Origin: Lama guanicoe
Taxonomy: Eukaryota
Assembly (NCBI GenBank): GCA_013239625.1
Contig: MU054117.1
Location: forward strand, 1,300,011-1,364,010
DNA: 64,000 nucleotides
Direction: 5' to 3'
The notes beneath the pieces were generated by a model. The model was not told the origin of the DNA. It did not search any database and saw nothing but the letters and a program-made list of their open reading frames with translations. This document shows, in pieces, positions 10,601 to 23,759 of this stretch; position 1 is the first letter of the stretch, and each line of letters begins with the position of its first letter. The position numbers and the translations under genes were made by a program.

Positions 10601-13600
10601 TAACACAGGCACGGGAACCGAGGGCCACGTCTTGCAGGTGCCGCAAGGTCGGTGACGTTAATGCAGTGTTGTTTCTCTGAAGTTGGCAGGACCTGACTTC
10701 CCACTTGGACAGTCGGATGGTGCTCAGACCCTGAACTCCTGGATCTGAATCCCCACTCTTTCTCCTACGGGAAGATAAACAGAATCCTAAACTGTCCCTT
10801 GAATGAGTCACTGTGTCACAAATATCTCGAATGAGGCAGCTGAAGGTGTCACTAAACTGGCACCATCCAGAGACCCCAGCTGATGGGGATGGGGGAGTTA
10901 AGACCAAGAACCTGAGAGCGACAGAGCGCTGGAGGTCAGGGCGCCGGGCACGCTGCCCCAGGGCTCGGCGCGGAGTGAGGTGCTGCTTGGAGTCACCTGG
11001 GCACAGAATGCCACGTTCCTTTTTGAGACGCCAGCATCCCCGTGTCCCTCTGGTTCCCCCTTCTTGGCTTTGACTGAGGTCCTTTTGTGTTCTGTATGGA
11101 CGGACGTGAGGAGGAGGTGGGGACATGGCGCCCACCCCAAAGGGCTCTGCTGTCACGGGGGGACCAGGGGCCAGCAAAGGGGCATCCACTGGGGTCAGAT
11201 GCCCCGGCCATAGGGCCCGGGTAGGTCACACCCCACCTCGGGGCCTCTGTATCCTGGCTGAGAGACTCCACGGTGCAGTCACAGGAGGGAGGGAGACGGT
11301 GCAGGTGGGAGACAGGAACGTGACCTCACAGACATCCCGTTGTGAGGGGCAGTGGGGGCGTTCAAGTGTTGACAGCAAGAAAGAGTAAGCTGGAGGGAGG
11401 TTAGAGGTCAGGGTAGCCGGAGACGCTCTTCCAGCAAAGTCCACTGATACACATGAAAGCCACACGGTGAGGGTCAAGGCGCAAGGAGGGGGAGCCCTGG
11501 GGTCAGCCTACAAGTTTAACTGGGAAGTGGTGGGGCTGGGAGGGTCACTTGGGTCAAGTGAGGTGGCCTTCACAGTAAGGGAGCCGTGGGCCCGCTGGAA
11601 GGCAGAGGGAAGAGCGAGGAGGGGAAGACATTCGGGGTTTTGGAACGGGGAGGGGCCGCTGGAGCCAGAGGAGAGGGGCTTGGAGCCCCGACGGGTGAGC
11701 AGGCCAGGCCTGGAGGAACCTTCTCCCCTTTTCTCCGGGAGCTGTGGGGGCGACACCAGAGAAGGAGGGAGGGGAGACGCCTTCCTGGAGGGTCTCTGGA
11801 GTGGCCCCATGGGAGATGCAGCTGAGCCTTGTGCCCAGGTGCTTCCTAGGGCCCTGACCTGCTGGATGTGGGTTTACCAGCATCTCCCGGGGAAGCCCGG
11901 TAAAGCACACAGACGCCTGGGCTGCACCCCAGGCCTTCTGAATAGGTGAGGTTGCTGTCTGTGACTCTAAAATCCCACGGGTGACTCTGGCCCCAACCCA
12001 GTTTGAGACTGGGCCCCTGGATCCAAAGGTCCACACGCAGGGAGGTCCCTCCCCGCTGAGCCCTGGGAAGTTCATCAGTGTCCTCTCAGGCCCACTGCAG
12101 GGGAGGCGGGGGGAAGAGGGGGAGTCCACCTGCTTCCCTCCAGCCCGGCTCCTTCCCACCGTGGTGAGGCATCAGCCTGATGGAGGCTGGGTTCCGGTTC
12201 CACCAGGGTCACCGTGTTTGAGTGTTAACTTTTGCTAAACGCTGCTATTAGGGCTGATAATGGAAATCTGCAGGCAATCCAAACAGCTCAGGGGCAGTGA
12301 TGGTTTGCCTCCTGACCTGTGACCTCCTGAATTCCGCCCTGTGAGCTGGGATGTGCTGCTGGCACTTTCCTGGCTGAAGCATTTGTTTGGTCTGAGAAAA
12401 AACAGTTGCAGCGCGGGAGCTGCCAGGGACACGTGGAAGCACAGAGCCGTGGTGGACCTCGCTGCCCAGTCGGGAGGCTGGACGTAAAGCACCCAGCCCC
12501 ACGCCACCCCGCTCCCTGACCTTTCTCACTCTAGTGACACCACCTCTGGGTCCTAGTGACTAAATTCAGCGCCCACGTTAACCCTGGGTGTTCGTCAACA
12601 TGCCAATCAGTAAACTCACAGGAAGCAGCAAGGGCCGCCCGCCGCTGACACGGCTCTGAGACCCGCCTCCCTGGCGTCCTCCTCGGCTCCACGCGGGGCC
12701 CGGCCGCAGAGGCCGAGGCAGCGGAGCCACAGAGCGGCTGAGACGACACCAGCGGTTCCCTCCCTGTCAAATTTCATATGCGGGCCTTAAACACGTCCGA
12801 TTCCGAGCGGAGAAACAGGTAAACGCTTTGACAGGCTGGGTGGGGGCTGGAGGGCGGCCTGCGCTTCCCAGACCTGAGGGGGTGGGAGGGGACCAGACTG
12901 GGGGGCCAGCGGGCTGGAGGGAGGGAGGCGCTGCTGGCGACCTCACCCGGCCTCTCTGACTCCTCCCCTTCTCATTTCCTTTCTGCCTTTCCCGGAGCCT
13001 GGCAACCACACCTATGTCCCGCCTGCCTCTTTCATCCGTGGGCTGCCATCTGTGGTGCATTGTAAGCCGGAATTTCTGGAAACGGGAAAGCTACCAGATC
13101 CACGGCGGAGGGACTCCACTCCAGATGGAATTTCAGGCGCCGCGCCATCTGAACAGACGAGATCCTTTGGGGCCCCGGGGTGGGTGGGGGCCCTGGGGAC
13201 CTTCCAGCACCTTTCGGTCTTACCACCCAGGCGGCCGCCAGCCTCCAGGCCGCTCCCAAAGGCACTGTCCCTGCTCCCCCTCCCAGCGGTGGCAAGTGGC
13301 CAGGAGCCGTTTGCTCAGCTTTTAGGTTGAACTGAGGGACAGGACAGGGTCTCCAGAAGCTGACCGAGGAGGCCCAGGTTACTGGAACCCCTGCCAGGCA
13401 CCCAGGGCCCTCGGGGCTTCTGCTGGCTGGGAGGGTTTTGAGTGTGTGATTCAAAGATACTTTCATTCTAACAATTACAGGGTCAGAAGGAATCCGGTCA
13501 CAATCAGTCCTTTAAGACCTTCTCCCTTTGCACTTGGAGAACTCCGGGCATAGGCGGCTGAAGACAGCGACCCAGACGGGCAGAGGACAGTCACTTGCTC

Positions 13601-14485
13601 GGAACCCAGAGCACGTACACACTGACTTAGGTCCAAGCGGCGGCCCGAGAGCCTTTGATGTGGGGGAGAGAGGAATGAACAGGCGGGTTGGCAGCTGGGC
13701 CAGAGAGAGCGGGGACAGGGCACCTCTCTCTGGGGAGCAGCTGTCTCAGAGCTGCCAGAAGCGGGGGGAGCTGAGGACCTGAATAGGGACGTCCCGGGAG
13801 GGGCAAGGGCCCGAGCGGCCACGGCCTAGTCCACGCTGTTTGAAACAAAGGGTGTAGTCTCAGCCTTGTCCTCTGGGGGCCGGGGGCCAGTCGGCTGGAG
13901 GGGAGAGAGCAACCCCAGGGAGGGAGGAGCACAGGGAGGCCCCTCAGCTGCCGGGACCGGGCTCCAGGATCCATGAGGCCGGCTGTGCCGGAGATGGTGC
14001 GTCCTGCGCCCCTGCCCCAGCCCCCAGGCTGAGACCCAGGTTTAGCTGCAGACCCCCACTCTGACTTTCTCCCCAGTTTCTGGGCTCAGGAGTGGCTGGC
14101 GGGCTGGTAGCAATAGAGGCTGATTTAAGCAGCTGAAGCCACAGGCGTACCAGGGCCGAGGTGGAGAGAGAAGCTGCCCCAACGCCCCGGCTCTCCACCC
14201 TACCCCACTGTCACCCAGGGACTGGAATCCAGGCCGGTCCCAACTCCGCAGACAATGGCAGAGGGGAGCTGGGCTGGAGACCGCGGGGGGTTCAGTGCTT
14301 TTGTGTGCAATCCGGGCAAGCTTCCAGGGAGGCAGGACCCCAACTCCCCCAACTAAGAGCCGAAGGAGGGCAGGTGCCTCCCCCCAGGGGCTGGAGAAGG
14401 CATGCTTTTAGTAAAGCAATTCTGGGGCGGGGCCTGGAGCTCAGGGAACAACCCCTGAAGTGGGCTCAGGCCCCGAGAAGCAGGG

Positions 14486-14508
14486 GTGTGTGTGTGTGTG
14501 TGTGTGTG
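14486..14508. repeat. (GT)n microsatellite
   Basis: gtgtgtgtgtgtgtgtgtgtgtg seen directly. Confidence 0.95.
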
Positions 14509-14739
14509 CTGTTTCCTCCTCTCTGGCCTCCACCCGCCAGAGGCTGCAAAGAAAGCAAAGACCCACCAAATCCCAGGGTGGGGGGCTCCCCCTAGTGGCC
14601 CCACAGACCCACTGGCTGACCCCTGGGGTCTTGACGGGAGGGAAGCAAGCAGGTGTTTGAACAAATCCAGAGTCTGGAGTGAGAGAGAACGGTCCCCTCC
14701 TGGACACGAGCCCACTGACCTGAGAAGACGCATCGGCGC

Positions 14740-15190
14740 CATGAGATCATAGCAGCGGTGCTCACAGGGGCCGGGGGTCAGGGGGGTACAGCTCAAACGT
14801 CCACTGACGGACGGATGGATAAACAAAACGCGGTAGAAACACACAGCGGAACACTACTCAGTCTTAAAAAGGAAAGAAAATTTGACTCGAGCTGCAGCAT
14901 GGATGAAGCTTGAAGACACTGTGCCCAGTGAAATAAGCCAGACACAAAAGGACAAACCTTGTGTAACTCCACTTCTCTGAGGGGCTGAGGGTAGTTAAAT
15001 ACAGACAGAAAGTACAGCAGTGGTGACCAGGGGCGGGGGAGGCTGTGTAATGGGGGCGGCTTCAGCGGACGAAGATGAAAACGTCCTGGGGACGTGACTG
15101 CACAGCCATGTGAACCTGCCCGACACCACCGAACTGGAGGTGGTTACAGTGGTGAGTTTTATCTTACATTTTACCATAATAAGAAAAAAA
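14740..15190 (+). mobile_element. L1M (L1MB-like) 3' end
   Basis: ggatggataaacaaaacgcggtag...ggaacactactcagtcttaaaaaggaaag...catggatgaagcttgaagacactgtgcccagtgaaataagccagacacaaaaggacaa, followed by an A-rich tail. Confidence 0.85.
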
Positions 15191-15539
15191 AACAGGAAAA
15201 AAGAAGGAACACTTCATCCATCCTCGTGGGCATAAGCACACCTTTTCCCAGAGTCCTAAACAGTTTCCCTAATCATCCGATTTGTGTTGAAATTTCCTGT
15301 GCTGGTCTCGGCCTAGAATGAGCTCGAGGGGCACTGCGGTCATAAAACCCACTCAGTCTGGAAGGATAAAGTGGGAGGAATTGCTGTGCTTGATGTGAAA
15401 ACTTACAGTCCAGCTGGGGAAGCAAGACGGCAAGGTCTCAGGGGAGGGACGGACAGACCAGCTGAACCGAGTAGGGGGCCCGGGGACGGACTCGCAGGAT
15501 AACTCCCGAATGCCGTTGGCAAAGCAGCCAAGGGTAGTT

Positions 15540-16460
15540 TTTTCAACCCACAGACTAAAAATACGAGCCTTAACCTCAACCTCACACGTCATGCAAAAGT
15601 TCCCGTGCCCATCGCCAGCCACCAGGGACGTGCCAGCGACGTGCACAGTGCGCACCACTCAGCACCCACAGAACCTCTAAAGCGCACGTGGTGACACCGC
15701 CGCCCGCTGGCGAGGACGCAGAAGCCGGATCTCTCGCGTGTCACCAGTGGGATGGAGAGTGGGGCAGCCCCCCCGGGAGAGACGGGCAGTTCCTTGAAGA
15801 ACTAAACATACACTTCCGTACCACCCAGCAGCCGCACACCTGGGCGTTTATCCCAGAGAGGTGAAGACGGACGCTCGCACACAGCCCGCTCGTGGACGTT
15901 CAGAGCAGCTCCGTCCGCAGCAGCCCGAACTGGAGACAGCCCGCAGGTCCTTCAGCAGGTCAGCGCGTCCCGTCCACACTGAGCACGCTACGGAAAGGAA
16001 CCAACGCTGACCCGCGTGACAGTCCGGGTGGATCTCAAAGGCGTTCTGCCGAGAACAGCCAATCTCCGTCTATTTGACAGTCTCGGAATTATAAAGGTGG
16101 AGAACAGACTCGGGGGTGTCAGGGGTTCAGGAGGTGGGCAGCAGGAGGGGGGCGGCTATTACGGGGGCGAGAGAGAGAGAGATCTTTGTGGTGGTGGAAA
16201 CAGTCTGTGTCTTGACTGACAGTCCGCACGTGATAAAACGGCCAGAACCACACACGCGCGTGCGCGTGCGCGTCCGCGTGCACACGCAGCCCGGGTAAGC
16301 TGCGAAGCCTGCATTAGCTCTGCGCGTTGCACCACCGGTGTCCTGGCTTTGATCTGCTCTGTGACATGTGGCCATGGGCAAAAACTGGGTGAAGAGGACA
16401 GGGGACTTTCTGTACCATTTTTCTAACTTCTTGCACATCTATTATCACTTTTTTTTGAAG
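15540..16460 (+). mobile_element. Old L1M (L1MC-like) fragments, GC-eroded
   Basis: gcagttccttgaagaactaaacatacacttcc...cctgggcgtttatcccagagaggtgaagac; the 3' end aaaactgggtgaagaggacaggggactttctgtaccattttt is L1MC-type. Confidence 0.7.
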
Positions 16461-17442
16461 ATTGGGGAAAACCCACTCAGCTCTTCAAGGGACAAGAGGG
16501 AAAGGGAAGGGCGTGCCGTGAGGCACTCACCCCGAGCAGGGCGCCCCACCTGCGGTGTCCCCAGCCCTCCTCGTGGTCCTGGAAGGACGTCTCCCCCCAC
16601 TTCAGAGGCGGGGACCAAGGCCCAGAGGGGAGGGCTGTGTTTCCACCAAGTCTGTCACCTGGAAGCCCGCTGTCTTCAGGAGCAGGAGCACCAGTGAGGC
16701 CCGAGCCGGAAGAGGAGCAGTTACTGTCGTCCTGGATACAGGCTCCTGCGGCCTGAGTGGCTCGTCTGCCTGGGTCCGGCTCCACGTCGCCAGGGGCAGC
16801 CCCCGTTGCCTCGCGAAGGCGCGTGTCCTCCAAACACCACGTTCGCCGCCTCGCTCTCCAGCCGCGAGCCCAGGGGCCACTGACTGAAGGCTGACCCTTG
16901 GCCTGGAGCTCAGGCTCACGAGCCCGCCCAGCTGCCCCCTTAGGAAACGTCCCCACGCCCTCCCTCCGCTCCCCTCATCGGGCTGGAGCCCCACAGCCAG
17001 GCCCACGGTCTTCAGCCCCACCAAGACCCAGCTAGACTCTGTCCTCCTCACAGACCACCCCCAACACCCAGGGCACCAGCCCTTCACCCCCAAGAACAGG
17101 GGTCTCCCTGGCACAGAGCAGGCGCCTGGGGCAGGCTTGTCCAATGAGTGACAGTGAGCTTGTCATGATGGCCTTGTGCCAACGTCCACTGTGTGTTCAT
17201 AGGTCAGCTGTACCTGCCTCTCCAGCCTGGAGTCAGGGGCGCCCGGCTCACCCCCTCCGCTGGACGCCCACCCTCGGGACCTGCGCTGCTGTGTGGCGGG
17301 GGCTTGGGGACCAGCCGCCCCGGGTGGCTTCCGGCTTCTCTTCTCCGTGGAGAAGCAGAGTCCCGGTGAGCACGGCCTCCGCCGAAGCCCATCCGCCCAC
17401 GTCTTTCCCATGGTCGATCCTCGGGTGACTATAACCCCCTGC

Positions 17443-17467
17443 GGTCGTGGTCGTGGTCGTGGTCGTG
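17443..17467. repeat. (GGTCGT)4 hexamer tandem repeat
   Basis: ggtcgtggtcgtggtcgtggtcgtg seen directly. Confidence 0.9.
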
Positions 17468-18089
17468 TGCCGCCACCTCGGGACGAGCAGATGCAGAGGG
17501 GCCTCGGGAAGCGTGAGGCTGGAGACACATTTGCGCGGCTGGTCGACCTCCCTGCCTCCCCTGGCCTCGAGAGCAGGCTGAGGCCAGGAGGGAGACCCGG
17601 GGACTGGGGACGAGCTTGGGTGGACACAGCGAGTCGGGAAGCACCTGTCCGGTCTGCTCTCGGCTCCGGGGCGCCTGCAGCCCTCCCGAGCCCGTCAAGG
17701 GGTCACCTGCCCGGGACCTGGCCGGCGGTTTCCGGCCCTTGCGCCCGCGCTCGGAGGCCTGGCGTCCGGACTCGCCGCCCAGGCCCCAGGCCCCGCAGAG
17801 CCCCCGGGAGACTCCTGCTCTCAGGCAGTAGTGGGTCCAGGTCACAGCTCCAGCGCCTGAAGTGGCCGGTAGGGGACGGAGGGCAGGCCAGGCCGCGGCG
17901 GCGGAAGGGGTGGGTGAGCCCCCGGGAGCTGCGTCTCCCTTCCCTGCTCGCGGCTCTGCCGCTGGTCACACCCACCCCGGCACCAGCCCGGTGCCGACGC
18001 GCCAAGCACACAGAGCGAGCCTGTAAACCCCGGGAGCCCGAGCCACAGTCCAGAGTTGTGACTGGAGGAAAATTCGGGCATTTCCAGGT

Positions 18090-18370
18090 CACGGGGGGCA
18101 GACTACACCTTAGGGGCAGAATCCAGCCCACTGTCCGTTTTCGTATGACCCGCAGGCTAAGAATGGCTTCTACGTTTTTCAGTGATTGGAAAAAAAACTT
18201 TTAAAAAAGAATAGTATTACATGACACGTAAATATTAGACGAAATTAGAATTTCAGCTTCTCAAATAGAGTTTCACCAGGAGACACACAGCAGAGCAGAG
18301 ACTGCGCATACAGCCTGCAAAGCCTGCCGTCAAGGCCTCCTGCAAGATGGAAGCGCAGGGCCCCTGGCTT
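18090..18370 (+). mobile_element. MER58-like hAT/Charlie DNA transposon remnant
   Basis: ggcagactacaccttaggggcagaatccagcccactg...ggctaagaatggcttctacgttttt...catgacacgtaaatattagacgaaattagaatttcag; similar to 56180-56500. Confidence 0.6.
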
Positions 18371-19594
18371 AAGGAAATTTGTTAGGAGCGCCGCGATGGT
18401 CAGAGTGGAGCTCGGAGCAACAGTGGTGTCCCCTCGAAACCCCGGGTCCTGTGCGACAGCCGAGAGCTGGCCTGGCTAAACGTTCGCCACCAGCCTCATC
18501 ACAGAGCAGCTTGACCAGCATCTGCTCCAGGGGCTCGAACACCAACCGCTTTTAAAGGAAAAAAAAAACCACTTCATGTTAATCTTCAGCAAAACATTTA
18601 GAAGAAGTTATTAAGGTATATCTGGACACATTTTGAAAAGAAATTATTAAATACGAGGACCCACTATGGCTCTTTCCTTTTCTGATGGGGTTGTCTGTGG
18701 GGGTGGGAGAGCCCTGGATGTGGGGGGGCCCCAGCCCTTCAGGCCAGCCTGTCGCCCCCACTCACACCCAAGTATCAGGGGAAGCTGTGACACTCGTCTC
18801 CTTCGTGCCTGAAGGCAAAATTTTGAAGTGTAAGTATCTTTGAGTTGTCTTATTTCTCAAGACACGACGGCTCCTTTGAAAGTCTGCACCATAAGCCTCA
18901 TGGTTGGGTTGGGAAGTTATTTTTGAAAATTACTCTGCGATTATTTGGGCTTCTTCTCAAGCCATTTCAGAGGCCGGGCAGGAGGCTGAGTGCATTTGGC
19001 GCTTTAATCAGATATGGTGACTGAACTGGGGGCCAAGCTCGGCAGGAGATGCAGTTTACGGGTGGCCCCCCGCGTAACCCACAGGCTCCCACCTGTGCCT
19101 GCAGCTGCAGGGATCTGAGGGCCCCAGTGAGCTCACCGTTTGGAAGCGTCTTCTGCCATCTCCACTGGGTGACACCAGCCTTTTCACTAACATGTGAGGT
19201 GCAGCCTCCCCAGGAGGTGCCAGTGGGGTGTCCATAACTGGCTGGAGTAAACAGCCTGGATCTTTGCCATTTCCGGGACCTCAGGTTTCTCCCTGCGGAG
19301 GCTGAAGGGCCCGTGCCTGGCCTCCGGTTGCCCAGCTCCTGCGTGGACCCTGGGGGGAGACGTGCCCTTCCCTGCCTGTGGAGGGGGAGCTCCCCGAGCA
19401 GGGGGCACACGTTGGGGCCACGGCAGGAAAGACTGTAGTTGGTGTGTGATTCAGGTGGGGCCCCTGCACAGAGGGGCCCCGGGGCTGCCACCAAGTGGCC
19501 GTGGGACCAGGACCACAAAGCTTGGTGTTTCCAGACTGCCTTTTGTTTAAAGTGGGGGATTATCTGTGGGGTAGGAGAGAGCCCTGGATGTGCA

Positions 19595-19690
19595 GGGGTG
19601 GGGGGTACAGCTCCGTGGTAGAGCACGTGTTTGTTGTGCAGGAGGTCCAGGGTTCAATCCCCTGTGCCTCTGTTAAGGGGGGAAAGGCAA
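19595..19690 (+). mobile_element. tRNA-derived SINE (vic-1-like), diverged
   Basis: gggggtacagctccgtggtagagcacgtg...aggtccagggttcaatcccc contains A and B boxes. Confidence 0.8.
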
Positions 19691-22408
19691 AGTGAAGAGA
19701 CCCTTTCCAGCTCTAATCACCTGTAAGTCTAGAAGGAAGAATTCTCTAACTGCCTCCGCGGTCGGATGCCTGCTCGCACCCTTGCAACGGCCTCCTCTGA
19801 TTCCTTCTGGATTAGCTCAGTGCAGCCTTGCCCCCAGGACTGTCCGAGTTGGCAGTACTCGCACGTTGGGCCGTTCGGCTTTTCATAAACTTTATGATTT
19901 AAATCTTGTGCTCTTAACACCTTCTTTGCGAGCCTCAGAGGGGAACAAGAATGTGGAAGTTGTTTACTCATTTCCTTCGTGGTGGGGAGACCCTCACACT
20001 TGGCCAAAGCCTGTGTATACGTGTGTGAACAGAGTTGGGCTGTGTGGCTGTAAGTGTGTGTGCGTGCGCTCGCACACACACGCACACACTCAGAGGAAGA
20101 GGGGGAAGCTTTGGAAAAACTGGCTACATCTCAGTCCCCAGCAAGTTCCCAGAACATCAAAGGAGCCCTTGAGCATAAAGACTTCCCCCCTTCTTTCCGA
20201 AGAACCAACACCTGCCTTAGACCCTGAGTCTCTGGCCCCACCGAGGTCGGAGAGGTAAGGAGGAAGCCTCGTCACCCTTCCTGGGAGCCACTGGAGGAAA
20301 GTCCGAAGACAGCCAAGGACCCGATCCTGGGGGAGCAGACGGTACGGCCACAGGGAGACTGCGGCCAGGCTCCCAGGCTCCAGGGGCAGGCCCCGGCGGC
20401 CCCCTCCCAGCCCTGCGCCCGGAGCCGCAGTGAGGCCGGGCTGCACCTCGCCCCGGCCTGGAAACGAACGTGACAGCAGGCGACCCGGTCTGGCCCGCAG
20501 GGGAGGTCACTTCCTAAACGGCGTCCGTGCTAGATCACGCCCGGCGACGGCAGCCGGCCAAACCGGGCAGAGTCAGAGCTCGCGGAGAGGACACAGCCGC
20601 TCCAGGCACGGGGCAACTCCCGCGGGGCACGAGGACGCGCCGCTGCCCGTGGGGACCCGAGGAGGGCAGGCGCAGCCCGTCCACGGGGGCCTTCCAGCCG
20701 CAGGCGGTGGAGGGAGTCCGCGCGTGCTCCCTCTTGTGGGCTGGATGGGGAACCTGCCCACGCTGGGGGGCTGTGGCTGGACCCCAGTACATGACATCCC
20801 GGCTAAGGAATCTGGCGGCGGGCTCGTCTCCCGGGGCTCACGTCACAGTGACTAACAGGCAGGGGGCGGGGGGCGGGTGGACAAAGCCCACATTCAAGAG
20901 CCTGTCCCCGTAGGAGGGTAACGCGGCCCGGCTGACGGGCAGGCGCTCTGGCGTCTGGGGCTTTCCTGTGACGCAGACGCACCACGACGGCTGCTGCCTG
21001 ACTGCCCGTGGAGGTGCTGCATCCAGGCTACGGCCAGACCCCCACGGAGAGTGTGCAGGGGGCAGGTGAAGAGGTTGGCGTCCCCCGGGAAGGCCTCCCC
21101 TTTCAGGCCTTGTCTTCCCATCTGTGGCAGTGGGCATTCTTATTTCTACTTTAAAAACGAGGACACTGAAGACCAGAGAAGCCAAGTGCGTTCTCCAAGG
21201 CCACGCACCCGACACGTGGCAGACAGGACTGGCCCGTCTGCCAGCTCCGGGCCCACTCGCCTTCCCGTTCAAGGCCGAGGTCCCCACAGGCCAAGCCCTA
21301 CTTTGCCCTGGCTCCCTGCCTGTCCCCCCTGCCGGCCCTACAGAGGCCACCGTGGGGAGGGGCCGGGCAGCCCGGAGAAGCAGTCCACTAGGCCCCACAG
21401 AACGCCCTGCGACAGCCCCGCTGACAGGAGGGCTGCGTGGTGGCTTGAGTTTTCTTTTCCCCTAAGGAGTCAGGTGACTCCTAACAGCTGCACGCTCACC
21501 CTGGCGTCCGTCCACACCATGATGCCCATCAGAGAGGAGCCGGACAGGAGGCCTCCAGCCGCCCGGCGTGCCGGAGCCGCCCCGGAGCCGCCCCGGGTGC
21601 CGCCCCGCCCGCCCACAGCTCTGGGTGGAGGTCGCGGCAGCTTCCTTAGGAATAAAGTCATAGTAAGAGGAGACTGGGGTCTGAAAGACCCAGCAGAAGC
21701 CACCCGGGGTGTGGAATCCACCACAGGCCGCAGCTGGGCCGCAGGTCCGTGTGGGTCGCGCTCCTGGGCATCGCGGGCCCTTCGTCCCCAGCCCTGCAGC
21801 CCTGCCCCCGCCGGGCTCGGGAGCCGAGCGGCCTGGCCTGATGGACATGGACCGCTTGCGTCCCAACATGTGTCCTTCCCGCCTCTGCGCCCTCGCCGGG
21901 GCCACCCTCTGCCCCCCACCTCGGACACCCCTGCTGGCCAGTTTGTCCCTCAGGGTCAAACGTGAAGGCCCGGGAAGAGCACGGCGCCTCCTCTGCCCCC
22001 ACGGCACCTGTGGGGGCGCCTCCCCCGTCCCCGGAGAAGCGGCTGCAGGGCTGGGAGGCAGAGCGGGGCTGCAACTCCAGCTCGGCCGCTGACAGGACTC
22101 GGCCGTGGGAAGGCTGCCAGCTGCTGTGGGCTCTTCTGTGAAGTGGGGACGGCACGAGTGTGCAGCGGGACGGAACACGCGGCGTGCTGAGCCCTGAGCT
22201 GGCACCCGGACCCCGGAGGACAGTCCGCGTGTGCTCCCCAGAAGCGCGGCTGAAGGCGTGAGCACTGGACGTGGGAAATTTCAAGCACACGCAGCAGACA
22301 GAACAGGGCGAGGCGCCTGGTACCCCACACCCGGCCAGTCTCCCGCGTCCACATCAGCTCCTCGCCGCCTCCCCAGCGCACGTGCGGGCGGTTGCAAAGC
22401 AAACTGCA

Positions 22409-22520
22409 GGGGGAGGGTGTAGCTCAGCGGTAGAGTGCCTGCCTAGCATGCACAAGGTCCTGGGTTCAATCCCCAGCGCCTCCATTAAAATAAATGAATA
22501 AATAAACCTAAAAAAGCCAC
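22409..22520 (+). mobile_element. tRNA-derived SINE (vic-1-like)
   Basis: ggggagggtgtagctcagcggtagagtgcctgcctagcatgcacaaggtcctgggttcaatccccagc, A-rich tail, TSD agcaaactgcag / agcaagctgcag. Confidence 0.92.
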
Positions 22521-23719
22521 AGCAAGCTGCAGATGTGAAGAAAGCACCTTTACGCTTTATACCCTTAAAGGAGCAGCATAATCACCTGTTGTCCTCGTTA
22601 CCAGTCACGACCTAGAGAAGGCTGAGGGCGGGGCGCGGCCGGGGCTCCGGGCCGCGCCTCCAGGGCCCCCACCCTGGACGTCTGGGGAAGCCTGTGGGTC
22701 CCACGCCAGCTCCCTCAGGACACGCCCTCACCCCAGGGCCCAGCCAGCACTTACCCGTCTTTGGGCCAGCCCGCGATGCTCCAAATAATTGTCATCTTCT
22801 CCCAACCCAGAGAAAAAACCGCCTTATTGGATGGAGTTCTCTACATCACGTAGTCTCCCTGAACCGTGTGGTCTCTGCGTCCATCTGTCAGCGACTGAGT
22901 GAGGCAGCCCCCAGGGTGACAACAGACGGTGAAACAAGGATGGAAAGCCCTGGGAGCGGCTGCCCGGCGCCACGGACGGCTGGCTGCGGACGCCGCTGCT
23001 CGTGCCTGCGACTTCACACCGTGCAGTGGAACGCACGTCCTGCCAGGGCCACCGCCCCTGCTTCACGAAGGGGCAACGAGCAGCACCAGTCTTTGACCCC
23101 ATGCCGGTGCCATCCCCCAGGCTGGAGGGAGCGAACCGGGGCAGAACCCGGTGCGGGCAGAGCCTGTGGGGAGGGTGGGGTCCCCACGTGGCAGAGGGAG
23201 GGACCACGGCAGGCAGGCCACCCCTTCTCGGGGTAGACAGAAATGAAGCAGAAAACCAATTCTCATCAAAAAGCCCCCAGGAGAATTTCTTCCTGAGCAT
23301 CGGGCCCAAGACAAACGCCCAAGCCGGACGTTTCCTGAGCAGACTCTCAGCCTTGTGCTCCCGGCCGATGCAGCTCGCACCCCCCAGAGCCCTGTCGTCC
23401 GCACACACCCAGCAACGCTCCGACCCCACCCTGAACAAACCCCTCAGGCCGTGCCCCGTGGGCGCCTGCTCTAAGCTCTGGACCACAGTTAGAGCTGAGA
23501 CCCTGGCTCAGGCCTCGGGCCTCGGGGCTGGGGGCTGTCAACCCCAAGTCCGCGTGGGAACCCGCGGGGCACACCCTCTGCGAGGTCACCCACCAGGCGC
23601 GTGAGGGCCGGGGGTGCTGCCCGCCTGTCCGCCCTCCCCTCACCCGGGCATCCTTGCTTCCCGGGTGCCCACCAGGGAGGCTGGCCCAGCTCACCTGGAT
23701 TATCAGACTGGATGAGGCT

Positions 23720-23759
23720 CAAAGAAAAACACGGCACACAATTTTTAAATAACTTTATA
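23720..23759 (-). terminator. ERC1: Candidate distal poly(A) site of ERC1 (variant TATAAA plus GU/U-rich downstream element)
   Basis: Minus strand reads ...GGAAAT TATAAA GTTATTTAAAAAT TGTGTGCCGTGTTTTTCTTT. TATAAA at 23759-23754, a U-rich upstream element, and a GU/U-rich element ~15-35 nt downstream. Confidence 0.6.

Noticed and set aside
17293..18204. 303-aa ORF
   Set aside because: Low-complexity, includes a hexamer repeat, and runs into a DNA transposon remnant; no homology recognised.
21051..22290. Cluster of long overlapping ORFs (304, 267, 210 aa)
   Set aside because: Open on both strands in GC-rich intergenic DNA, with no splice or domain support.
22409..22485. tRNA gene-like sequence with A and B boxes
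   Set aside because: Has an A-rich tail, a TSD and many diverged copies in the window, so it is a SINE rather than a tRNA gene.
22745..22760. Minus-strand donor CGG|GTAAGTG 1 kb beyond the ERC1 3' end (possible lncRNA or read-through exon)
   Set aside because: Isolated motif with no supporting acceptor or promoter.
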